Source: a virus
IMG/VR virus record: IMGVR_UViG_3300045988_162176
Coordinates: 128,001-192,000 of that record
DNA: 64,000 nt
Reading direction: 5' to 3' (one strand)
A model generated the notes under the pieces. It worked only from the letters and a program-made list of their open reading frames with translations. It was not told the DNA's origin and searched no databases. Shown piece after piece: positions 55,885-64,000 of this stretch (positions within the stretch are counted from its first letter, which is position 1; each line of letters opens with the position of its first letter). The translations under genes were made by a program, and so were the position numbers.

Positions 55885-56850
55885 TTATTCCTCGTCAACA
55901 ATAGTTACGACAGAATTATAAGTTACAGCTCCATTTTTATTGTAATTAATACCAGCACCAGTTCTTATGTTGACACCAGAAGATGCTGTAATTTTACCTT
56001 TGTAATTTTTAAAGGTCTTAACTGAAGTAGCACTCTTTTTAATATAAGTTAAACTTACCCAACCACTACCATCAGCCAACTTACCCCAACCATTATCTTC
56101 AAGAATAATAGAAACAACCGTTCCCTTTTTAAGAGTTCCAGCAATAGAAGAGGAAACAGAAGGCCCCTTACGAATTCTCAAAACAGAAGCGGTAACAACG
56201 CCAGAATAAGACACAGTGATTTCGGTATTAGAAGGCGCAACAGGAATTACCTTGCCCATCTTAGCAGCAACATCTTGTCTAAAAGTATCCATACTTTTAC
56301 CAAAACGAGGGAACCAATTACGGGGGTCAGCATGATTAGAAGCGATACCTCTTTGATGTCCTTCATAGTGGCCAATAATTACGCCATCTGCAAGTGGGTC
56401 AAAATTATAAAGCTGACAAAGATAAGCTGCAAATTCAACAGCTTCTTTGTAAACCTTGTTAAAATAATTTGTGTCGCTTAAGCTATCTTCGCACATTTCA
56501 AAACTGATATGCGATAAATTCCGACTTCCTTTATTTCCCTTGCCACAATGCCAACCTTTGTAATTCCAAGGCAATGTTTGCACCGTAGCAATTTCACCAT
56601 TAGCAAGTTTACCAATAAAAGCGTGAACACAAACATTCGTATTAGATTTATTCCAAGCAGTACCACCGTTATTCTTACCAAGCTGCGAAATCAAAGTATT
56701 ATAATTACTATCATTAGTAGAAGGCTGTACATATCTTTTCAAATTGGGGTTATTACAACCAGTACTATGAACCATAATCCCTTTTGGAGTAATTTTCACT
56801 CCATTTTTATAACATCTATTCTATGTAAAAAGACATTTTAATAATTTCAT
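55885..56850 (-). CDS. Endolysin: N-acetylmuramoyl-L-alanine amidase + SH3b-like repeats
   Basis: Track ORF 55885..56799 extends through a TAG (56821-56823) to ATG 56848-56850 (AAAGGAG SD). The amidase-like region has ..GIMVHSTG..GWHCGKGN..ISFEMCED..IGHYEGH..HADPRNWF. SH3b-like repeats end ..GWGKLADGSGWVSLTYIKK. Confidence 0.75.
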
Positions 56851-56871
56851 TCTTTTTCTCCTTTTAAATCT

Positions 56872-57213
56872 TTACTCCTAAATAATACTTTGAATAATAG
56901 GAGTAATGGCTTCTATACCATATTTATCTGCCAATTGATTTATAAATGACAAACTTATCTTCATTCTATTTTCCGCACGCTCTTTAAAACAATAGCACGC
57001 ATTATATACAGCGACCTCTCCCCAAGACAAACCTACAACAGTAGCAAAAGAAGCTGTATCAGCTCCAACTGGTCCAAAGAAAATAAAAATTATAAATAAT
57101 GAAGAAAGGGTAATGGTGGCAATCCAAGAAATAATTCCCCATTTTTTCATTGTTGGTGTATTCTCCATCATCCTTTTAAATTTTTCGAAAATAGAGATTT
57201 TCTGTTTACTCAT
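56872..57213 (-). CDS. Holin candidate (two TM segments)
   Basis: This uses the internal ATG of track ORF 56878..57264, preceded by an AAAGGAG SD (MSKQKISIF..). TM-like stretches are WGIISWIATITLSSLFIIFIFFGPV and ASFATVVGLSWGEVAVYNACYCF. The end reads TAG GAG TAA. It sits directly upstream of the endolysin. Confidence 0.55.
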
Positions 57214-57311
57214 AATATACTCCTTTCTATAATTATAAATTAAAATCTTTTTTAAATTTCTCAACTTTTTCTAATAATAAATTAAGGAACTTAAAACAAA
57301 TTTTAATTTAA

Positions 57312-57349
57312 CACACGCTCAAAAAGCCTTTAACTAATTTGAGCGTGTG
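57312..57349 (-). terminator. Strong hairpin between the fibre-module gene and the holin
   Basis: 12-bp stem CACACGCTCAAA / TTTGAGCGTGTG. The flanking U-run is weak, so its function is uncertain. Confidence 0.35.
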
Positions 57350-57376
57350 CATTTTAATAATATTTAAATTTATAAA

Positions 57377-57964
57377 TTACTCATCTAATTCATTAATTCC
57401 GTCAACTTTCAGATGGTGAACTTTATTATCTCCTTCTCCTCCGTCATTCTAAACTTGTTGTTCAGAGAAATTGCTTTCGCCACCATCCAATATAGAATTA
57501 GTATATCCACTATTCAACGATGCTAACCAAAGCTCTTGGAATTTTTCTTCGCTCCCCTTAAATCCAGCTTTTACAGCATAAGTGTATGGACTATCACTTT
57601 GCCCTACGCTCAAACTAAGATGCTGGTCTACAGGAACTCCACTTATTACTTTATAAACATCACCTGTAGTATATAAAATTAAATCTCCATCTGTACTACC
57701 TTCTACAGCAGACCGAGGTTTACCATCAGAAATGTACCATTGCGAAGATTTACCTTCTAACCCCCTAGGAATGTAAAAATCAAGTTGTACATCTTTTTCT
57801 GTACCTACGTTTTCTACTCGCGCTTCTTCTGTTGCGTCTATGGTGTAAGTAGCATGAACTTTTACAGATACAGTTCCACTACTTCCACCACCTGAACTTC
57901 CTTCACCAGATAGCGCCGCCATACTATACAGTAAAGCAATATTAGAGATAGCTTCATTTGCCAT
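57377..57964 (-). CDS. Fibre-module structural protein
   Basis: Track ORF 57449..57964 ends in TAG and the frame continues 23 codons (..SEQQV[TAG]NDGGEGDNKVHHLKVDGINELDE) to TAA 57377-57379. Confidence 0.4.
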
Positions 57965-57978
57965 AATTCAGCCCTCCC

Positions 57979-58263
57979 TTATAACATTACGCTAATTACT
58001 GGGTCAGTACCGCTATAAGATAAACGTATTTGATAATACCGAGCAACTTCAAAAGAAGTAATTCCTTGGGGAGCGACTGCCGACTTAGTTAAATCTGCTT
58101 TAACACCTGAAATTTGAACATAATCACTTTCTTTTGTTAAACGTCCTTCTACTTTTACACTTCCAGACTTAACCTCAAGTTTGACCATGTTAACTGAAGC
58201 AGGAACATGGAATTCACGCTCGCCGCCAGCGGTAAAGACTACTTTTTCTTTCCTAACTATCAT
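57979..58263 (-). CDS. Small hypothetical protein (94 aa)
   Basis: Track ORF with a TAA stop, in the fibre module. Confidence 0.4.
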   Translation of the reverse strand: MIVRKEKVVFTAGGEREFHVPASVNMVKLEVKSGSVKVEGRLTKESDYVQISGVKADLTKSAVAPQGITSFEVARYYQIRLSYSGTDPVISVML

Positions 58264-58374
58264 TAAAAGCTGTCACTCCTTTCTCTATAAATAAATATAA
58301 CTTCATGTAAACAATTAATTATATAATTGAAAGTAGAATTACATTTAATTATAGTAATGTCTTTTTAATTTGTA

Positions 58375-58977
58375 TCAAACTATTTGATACCAAAAATCTC
58401 CAGATTTCAGTCCACTTGGTTCATTTTTCGAGACAACAACATCAACTCCTGAACTAATAGAAACTGCTCCAGTCATTCCATTTACAGAAGTAACTGGATA
58501 AGGAGGCGGATTTGAAGAACTGTATTGTCTTTCGTTTGCGACACTTCCTAAACCAATATCCGACTTGATTTGAGCTGGAGTTCTACTATAAATCCAGCCA
58601 TTGTTAATGACAGCAATTTTGTCAGATGTTGAACTTAGGTCTGTATTTGCAGTTGTCCTTAACCATGTCCCTATAACATAACCATTCGTCTGAATTTCTG
58701 CGCTACCAACAGTAAGTGTACCGCTCATTGTATCGCCAGACTTAGATACCGCACCCACATCAGACGCATTTAAGGTAACATTTCCATCTTTTGAATTTAC
58801 TGAAGTTACTGGATAATTTACGCTAATAGTTCCATCATTAGTCACAGATATATTATTGCCTACTTTTACTATTCCTTTTTTAGTTTTAGTGGCGACATCT
58901 TCTTCGTGTATGGCACTAGAATCTACTATATCGTATATAGACTAATTCGGAAGTTTAATCTTTTTTATGTTAGCCAC
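58375..58977 (-). CDS. Tail fibre protein
   Basis: GTG 58975-58977 follows an AGGAGG SD, with one TAG (58942-58944). Translation is VANIKKIKLPN[TAG]SIYDIVD... The repeated PVTSVNSKDGNVTL and PVTSVNGMTGAVSI motifs are typical of phage fibres. TGA stop. Confidence 0.6.
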
Positions 58978-59161
58978 AATTTACCTCCTTTTTATCATAA
59001 TGTTTTATTTTGCTTTTTATTTTTATTCTTTTATTTTAAACACACTCCGAACTTCCACTTCCTGTTGCAATCTTAAAACGAATTGCTAATTCACCATTGA
59101 ATAAAAATTCTAAATTTGTTTGTCTCTTAACTTAATTTATAAAAACAAAATATTTTTAAAA

Positions 59162-59200
59162 CATACCAAAGAGTCATTTTTTATTTAACTCTTTGGTATG
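59162..59200. terminator. Bidirectional-looking terminator hairpin
   Basis: 12-bp perfect stem CATACCAAAGAG / CTCTTTGGTATG with an A/T-rich loop and flanks. Confidence 0.55.
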
Positions 59201-59252
59201 TTAATAATAAAAAATTTAGAATTTATTCGATAGTGAAATAACAAAACGCTCT

Positions 59253-59663
59253 TTGATTGCAACAGGAAGTTATATGGGAAATGGTCAATACGGGTCAACT
59301 CATCCCGTTGTAATTACATGTGGATTTAGACCGAAGGTATTTTGGGTATCTATCGAGTATGCACCAGCAGAAACTTATTATCCAAATCAATATTTTTCGT
59401 TTTCGGGTTTGTGTACGTTTCCTACAGGTTCTAGCACCATGGAGTCAAACGGCTCATTTTTGTTTATTGATAGTATGTCAATAACCGAATTTTTAGCGTT
59501 TCGCGGTCAATCTTCTTCTGAGCTATATTATTTTAATATTAAATCAATCGACACAGGGATATCCATATATTGCAACGCTCCTTCAAATTCTGATACGGCT
59601 ACCGCAGCGGGGATACAATTTAACTCCCAAAATGCGAAGTTTTATTACTATGCCATTGGCTAA
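59253..59663 (+). CDS. Inverted, N-terminally truncated paralog of the fibre / receptor-binding family (possibly a silent cassette)
   Basis: This is the only convincing plus-strand ORF. It begins at the family motif IATGSYMGNGQYGSTHPVVITCGF and ends ..IQFNSQNAKFYYYAIG, like its paralogs. It lacks the conserved ~45-aa N-terminal module, an ATG and an SD. Confidence 0.45.
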   Translation: MIATGSYMGNGQYGSTHPVVITCGFRPKVFWVSIEYAPAETYYPNQYFSFSGLCTFPTGSSTMESNGSFLFIDSMSITEFLAFRGQSSSELYYFNIKSIDTGISIYCNAPSNSDTATAAGIQFNSQNAKFYYYAIG

Positions 59664-59797
59664 TCACATTCATAACTTTTTTGTCCTTACTCCAAGCCCC
59701 TTTTAGTCATCACTTCAATTTCTAGGATGAAGCGAAAATATTATAACAGATTACAATATGAAAAATAAAAAAATTAACAATGAGAATGAATTAAACA

Positions 59798-60703
59798 TTA
59801 AGTGCCAAGGTATTTAATGTAGACAGCGCCGCGCCGTCCGATACCACCCCCACCGGCTCCGTACATTTTTGAAAGAACTCCTTTTCCGTAATTTATTACA
59901 TAATCACCGCTGCTTGATGCAACTCCGTCAGCGCCAAGATTTCCAGTGCCTTTTCCAGGTGTTGTTGCGTTTGTAGCATTTCCCCCATTATCTACCGATT
60001 TTGACCCAAAAGATGTTTTTGAAGATGAGTTCGAACCAATTACAACAGCAATAGAACTGCCCTTTGTCATTTGTACGTTGTCATAACTTTGACAAGAACT
60101 TCCTCCAGAAGCAAAATTACTATAATAATATTGACCGATTCCACCCATACCATACAATTCAATATAGTATCTGCCAGTATGAGGTGCAGTCCATGTTCCA
60201 GAGGAAGTAATTATCCATTCAGCCCCCCCGCCCATATCATATCCACCAATAGCAGCAAAGTAATATATTTCACTCTCCTTATTATACTGACTGGATACAG
60301 AATCTGAGGAAAATAACGAAAACGTTTTTCTATCAGTGGAACTTGTTATAAAGCACACCCCAGAAGCAAATGTATTATAAAATACACCCTATGATTCCGT
60401 AACCATATTAGCTTGAATAATGTCCCAACCACGATTCTAACTCGTCATATAAGCTGGCATAAAAATAATTATTGGCTTAAACGGAAACGTCAATGTCGTC
60501 GGATGACTTGCTCCATACGTTCCTGTTCCCCTATATGTCCCAGTATATAAATATAAATCAGTACTGGTTAATAAATTCTAAATTTCATCATATGTTTTGC
60601 CACCAAGCTGTTGACTATTAAGAGCATTATAAGCAAGAGGCAACAGACCATCATAATCTGTGCCATTGAATTTCTTCATGTTTATGTTGTAATTTTGTGA
60701 CAT
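59798..60703 (-). CDS. Receptor-binding / fibre family paralog B with Gly-rich C-terminal domain
   Basis: ATG 60701-60703. Three TAGs link it to track ORF 59798..60358. The N-terminal module is MSQNYNINMKKFNGTDYDGLLPLAYNALNSQQLGGKTYDEI. The C-terminal part has ..TSSGTWTAPHTGRYYIELYGMGG... Confidence 0.55.
60581..60693 (-). repeat. 113-bp perfect direct repeat, copy 1 (5' end of paralog B)
   Basis: By my alignment of the printed sequence it is identical to 61329..61441. Confidence 0.85.
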
Positions 60704-60965
60704 ATTTATCTTTTACTAAATCTAGAGTACAAGATAGAGTTACGTCTGATTAAATTTAATTTTTTTAATTTAATAAAAAAGTAAAAGTAAAAACAAAAGT
60801 AAAAATATTTTTTAAGAGCAAAATATTTTAAAAAGTAAATAAAAATGCATTTTAAAATTTTGAATTAATAAATTGAATTAATAAAAGAGAATCTGATTAC
60901 GCCATCTCATCCGCTGCTCTAATAGTTGACATAATATTAACTCCTTTTACATAATTAATATACAA

Positions 60966-61427
60966 TTAAGATTCTTGATATCCGAAAATGATATATGAAT
61001 AAGTTTTACCCATATCGTTAAATTGCATCTCGGCTGTGTTATACGATGTGTTGCTATTGACATTATACCAACTAATATATGTATCTCCCCAAGTCGTTTT
61101 GTTGTAACGTACTTGGTCAACAAAACTCATTTTATCTGATATAATAGCGCCATTTTGTGAGTAGTAATTCGAATAGCTGTCGTAAACATTCATGATATAA
61201 ACTGGTGTAAAGCCACACGTAATAACATTTGGATTCGACACACCGTATTTACCATTACCAACATAACTTCCCCATTTTGTTATAACATTTTTGCCACCAG
61301 TTCCAATTAAAGATTGCACATACTGGACAATTTCATCATATGTTTTGCCACCAAGCTGTTGACTATTAAGAGCATTATAAGCAAGAGGCAACAGACCATC
61401 ATAATCTGTGCCATTGAATTTCTTCAT
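60966..61427 (-). CDS. Receptor-binding / fibre family paralog A
   Basis: Track ORF 60966..61478 trimmed to the ATG that begins MKKFNGTDYDGLLPLAYNALNSQQLGGKTYDEI. It continues ..GSYVGNGKYGVSNPNVITCGF..MQFNDMGKTYSYIIFGYQES. The start choice is uncertain. Confidence 0.55.
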   Translation of the reverse strand: MKKFNGTDYDGLLPLAYNALNSQQLGGKTYDEIVQYVQSLIGTGGKNVITKWGSYVGNGKYGVSNPNVITCGFTPVYIMNVYDSYSNYYSQNGAIISDKMSFVDQVRYNKTTWGDTYISWYNVNSNTSYNTAEMQFNDMGKTYSYIIFGYQES

Positions 61428-61441
61428 GTTTATGTTGTAAT
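61329..61441 (-). repeat. 113-bp perfect direct repeat, copy 2 (5' end of paralog A)
   Basis: Identical to 60581..60693. It covers the start region and the first ~35 codons. Confidence 0.85.
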
Positions 61442-61484
61442 AAAAATGGAATTTTATTTGGCAATATATATAATACAATATAAC

Positions 61485-61527
61485 ATTCGAAATTCGTGCA
61501 AATTCGATACGAATTTTCGGAAATTGG
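61485..61527 (-). promoter_or_regulatory. Candidate operator: AAATTCG-type heptamers phased at 10 bp
   Basis: AAATTCG at 61490 and 61500, the inverted CGAATTT at 61510 and GAAATTG at 61520, upstream of paralog A. Confidence 0.25.
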
Positions 61528-61636
61528 CTCTAAATAAATGAACGATTTTATCAGGCAATTTTATCAATTTTTTCTTTTTTATTTGCTTTTATTCTTTTTT
61601 TTACTTTTAATAATTTATTTTTTTGTTTTTTTGTAG

Positions 61637-62298
61637 TTACGTTGTTGCTTCCGTTAAAGCATACCACTAATATGTAATACCAGATTCGTTAAATTGATAA
61701 GATGCATCGCGTCTGTCATACTAGCTATAAGCATTGGTATTATTAAACGATTCATACTGTGTCTGTGTTATAATAACACTTCCATTATTATAACTTAATG
61801 TTATACTAACATATTCGTCAAACTAGCCATAATCACCACTGTTTTTGTTAGCAAAAACTAAAAAAGTCTAATCTGGAATTAAATTAATAGCTATAAAACC
61901 TATATCATTATATGGTGAAAATGTTGTATTCGAACTCATTTGGGTTGAACGCATACAAGTGACATTAAATTTAGACCAGTTCTAAACTGTCCTGTTTACA
62001 AATTTTTTACCTGAATACGTTGGACTTACTGTAAAAAGTCCATAAAAAAGCACTAATTTAGGTTTGGCTCCAACGTAAAAAGTGGTAGGACTTGTGTATA
62101 CTCCGTTACCAACATAACTACCTGTAGCAATCCGACATAACCCTTCTCTAGCTTGGGTTATAATGTCAGATTTGCCCCCCCCCCTAGTTTTTCAGCGTTA
62201 TTTGCATTTGTAGCAATATCCGCTAAATAAGCATGAGGGAGGATATTATCATAATCAGTTCCATTGAACTGTTTAATATTAACATTATAATCACTCAT
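61637..62298 (-). pseudogene. Receptor-binding / fibre family paralog C, out of frame at a G10 tract (phase-variable or disrupted)
   Basis: ATG 62296-62298 after an AGGAGG SD gives MSDYNVNIKQFNGTDYDNILPHAYLADIATNANNAEKLGGG and then TAA after 47 codons. In the -1 frame the ORF continues KSDIITQAREGLCRIATGSYVGNGVYTSP.. through five TAGs to TAA 61637-61639. Confidence 0.6.
62175..62184 (-). repeat. Homopolymer C10 (G10 on the coding strand)
   Basis: Read directly from the sequence: tttgcccccc cccctag. Confidence 0.9.
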
Positions 62299-62318
62299 AA
62301 TTTAGTTATTAACCTCCT

Positions 62319-62960
62319 TTATTCAGTGATTTCTTTCCAACCAGCGGGATAAGCATCTGGACTATAAACATTAGAAGCAATTACGCTTTCATAAATTTTT
62401 CCGTTATAGCGTACCTTATCACCAATGGCATAAGCATCATGAGCCCCAGAGGGCTGCACAAAATCTTTTATTTCTTCGGTGGGAGTTGCAGGAGGAGTTT
62501 CTGGTTCAACTACCTCAGTACCACCGCTTTCAGTACTACCACCTGTATAAACTTCCCAACCATGTACGTCAGGAGCCCAAACATTAGCATCAATCGTACT
62601 AATGTATTTCTTTCCATTGTATTCAACAATATCGCCTTTGTTATATGCGTCAGTAGCACCAACAGGCTGTACCCACTTTGGAGTGCCATCTGCACTTACA
62701 CCAACACGTTTGTAAAGACTGGTAGCTGAATCTGGAGTCCAATTCGTTTGACTAGTATGGTCTTGAAGTACTTGATATAAACAAACATCTCCAACACTAT
62801 CATATCCATATCTAAGCCATGTCCCTGTTTTGTAACTAATTCCGTTACCATTCCATTCAGGGTAAACACTCGCAATTATTAAAGCTTCTTCTTCAGTTAA
62901 ATTGGCAGCATACATCTGAATAGCTCTTCTCATTTGTTCTGCGGCTTGCATACGGTTCAT
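62319..62960 (-). CDS. Protein with two CBM5/12-like carbohydrate-binding repeats
   Basis: 213-aa track ORF. It has repeated GATDAYNKGDIVEYNGKKYISTIDANVWAPDVHGW and GAHDAYAIGDKVRYNGKIYESVIASNVYSPDAYPAGW separated by a T/P/E linker. Confidence 0.5.
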   Translation of the reverse strand: MNRMQAAEQMRRAIQMYAANLTEEEALIIASVYPEWNGNGISYKTGTWLRYGYDSVGDVCLYQVLQDHTSQTNWTPDSATSLYKRVGVSADGTPKWVQPVGATDAYNKGDIVEYNGKKYISTIDANVWAPDVHGWEVYTGGSTESGGTEVVEPETPPATPTEEIKDFVQPSGAHDAYAIGDKVRYNGKIYESVIASNVYSPDAYPAGWKEITE

Positions 62961-63338
62961 TTATTTGCCCTCCTCTTCCTTTGCAACATTTGATTGGTCA
63001 CTATAGCCAATAAGAGCATTAAGAACATCGTCAGTAGTAGGTTCTGGTTCTTGAGGGTCAGGGTCAACTGGGTCAGGATGTTCCTTCTTCCATTTATCAA
63101 GTAATTCTTGATTACCTGTCATCTTTGTAGCTGTGTCCCCATCAATCTCAAGATTTACGAACCCCATGAAAGGAACATAAACATTCATAATATCTTCTTC
63201 GGTGGTCCAAACATAACCATCAGGGGGGAATAATCCACTCCAAGTTTGATTACTACGAGAACCAGTTTCATTGGCATCACGCTGAATAATCCATCTATTC
63301 ATACTTTTTTCTTCCTTTTTAAATTGTTTAAACAACAT
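62961..63338 (-). CDS. Hypothetical protein (start possibly at the internal ATG, MNRWIIQ..)
   Basis: 125-aa track ORF whose stop abuts the next start. An AAGGAAG SD precedes the second ATG. Confidence 0.4.
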   Translation of the reverse strand: MLFKQFKKEEKSMNRWIIQRDANETGSRSNQTWSGLFPPDGYVWTTEEDIMNVYVPFMGFVNLEIDGDTATKMTGNQELLDKWKKEHPDPVDPDPQEPEPTTDDVLNALIGYSDQSNVAKEEEGK

Positions 63339-63700
63339 AATTACAAAATAAATTATAAATCGAATAAATAATTACGTTGTGATGAATAAGAATCTTAGCC
63401 AGTAATAGCTATTTATTTGTAAACTCGTCCATTGTCTGCAAATAATTAATTTGGACGCTATCAATTATTCGCTCTCTTATTCAAATTTTTTATGCTTTTT
63501 TCATGCTATAATTGTATCTGTATATCACATTTTTCGTATTATAATTATACAAGTATAACACAAAAAGAGCATATTTATAAAATTTAATAATAATTTAATA
63601 ACAATATAATAATAGTTAGATTTCATAAATACAGCTCTTTTTGCTTTTTAGATTATTAAGTTATAACAACAAAAATTATTTTTTGTTCGGAAGAAGTTGT

Positions 63701-63740
63701 TTTAAAAAACCGAGAGAAAGACATTATATCTCTCTCTCGG
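63701..63740 (-). terminator. Rho-independent terminator
   Basis: The CCGAGAGA / TCTCTCGG stem is followed on the minus strand by TTTTTT, 50 nt after the TAA of the partial upstream gene. Confidence 0.6.
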
Positions 63741-63791
63741 TGTCGTATTAATTAAACTACTTTACAATAATTAATCTTATTCAGATTTAAA

Positions 63792-64000
63792 TTACTGAAC
63801 AGTAACTTCCTTAGCGGCAACAGCGATATCACCAACAGCAAGCTCAACAGCGTCAGCAGTAAACTTGGTACCAGCAGCATTAACAGTAGCCTTATCATAA
63901 GTAACACCAGAAACGACCTGAACTTCAGTACCCGTAAAGGCAGCATTGACAGTGTTCTTGTCACCAGTAAAGGTAGCAGTAAACTTATCACCAGTAAACA
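63792..64000 (-). CDS. C-terminal end of a highly expressed structural protein (Ig-like?), N-terminus beyond the window
   Basis: The frame is open from the window edge to TAA 63792-63794: ..FTGDKFTATFTGDKNTVNAAFTGTEVQVVSGVTYDKATVNAAGTKFTADAVELAVGDIAVAAKEVTVQ. Codon usage is capsid-like. Track ORF 63752..63991 is in a different, implausible frame. Confidence 0.5.
   Translation of the reverse strand, partial: FTGDKFTATFTGDKNTVNAAFTGTEVQVVSGVTYDKATVNAAGTKFTADAVELAVGDIAVAAKEVTVQ

Noticed and set aside
60770-60850. GTAAAAGTAAAAACAAAAGTAAAAAT-type repeats between paralogs A and B, considered as a CRISPR-like or iteron array
   Set aside because: The units are irregular in length and spacing and are pure A-rich low complexity. 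There is no repeat-spacer periodicity.
60897-60932. 11-codon mini-ORF (MSTIRAADEMA) with a good SD between paralogs A and B
   Set aside because: It is too short to support from sequence alone. It could be a leader peptide, but nothing else such as a downstream attenuator hairpin supports that.
63752-63991. Track ORF MISLLLPLLVTRTL.. on the minus strand
   Set aside because: A different frame of the same strand is open to the window edge. It gives a plausible beta-rich structural protein ending in TAA at 63792 and uses capsid-like codons. The listed ORF is a Leu-rich off-frame artefact.

Overview
AT-rich (roughly 30% GC by eye) tailed-phage segment. Essentially every gene is on the minus strand, with AGGAGG-type Shine-Dalgarno sites and sigma-A-like promoters, so a low-GC Gram-positive host is inferred. 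The minus-strand gene order, read from high to low coordinates, runs as follows. First come receptor-binding and fibre paralogs, then holin and endolysin, portal, scaffold or protease, and a major capsid gene that is intron-split. Neck genes and an intron-split major tail gene follow, then an ~8 kb non-structural block (MBL/beta-CASP nuclease, structured RNA, ClpP-like, metallophosphatase, RecU-like, tyrosine recombinase, GIY-YIG endonuclease). After that come a ~14 kb giant tape-measure-like gene carrying two introns, baseplate and tail genes, UppS, and finally a replication module (SSB, ATPase, intron-split DnaB-like helicase, primase). The dominant signal is that TAG is a sense codon. By hand count about 130-140 in-frame TAGs interrupt otherwise continuous frames, while TAA and TGA still terminate, so the supplied standard-code ORF track fragments most late genes. 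I re-joined these by frame arithmetic and hand translation. Other notable points: five group I introns, two of them carrying PD-(D/E)XK homing endonucleases. A 4,680-codon gene with an RNA-polymerase-like DFDGD segment. A phage uppS. A fibre paralog family with a 113-bp perfect repeat, an out-of-frame G10 tract and an inverted truncated cassette. A TAA splitting the last SH3b repeat of the endolysin. A ~430-nt structured intergenic RNA. I saw no tRNA, rRNA or CRISPR array. Splice sites, promoters and hairpin coordinates are hand-derived and may be off by a few nt.
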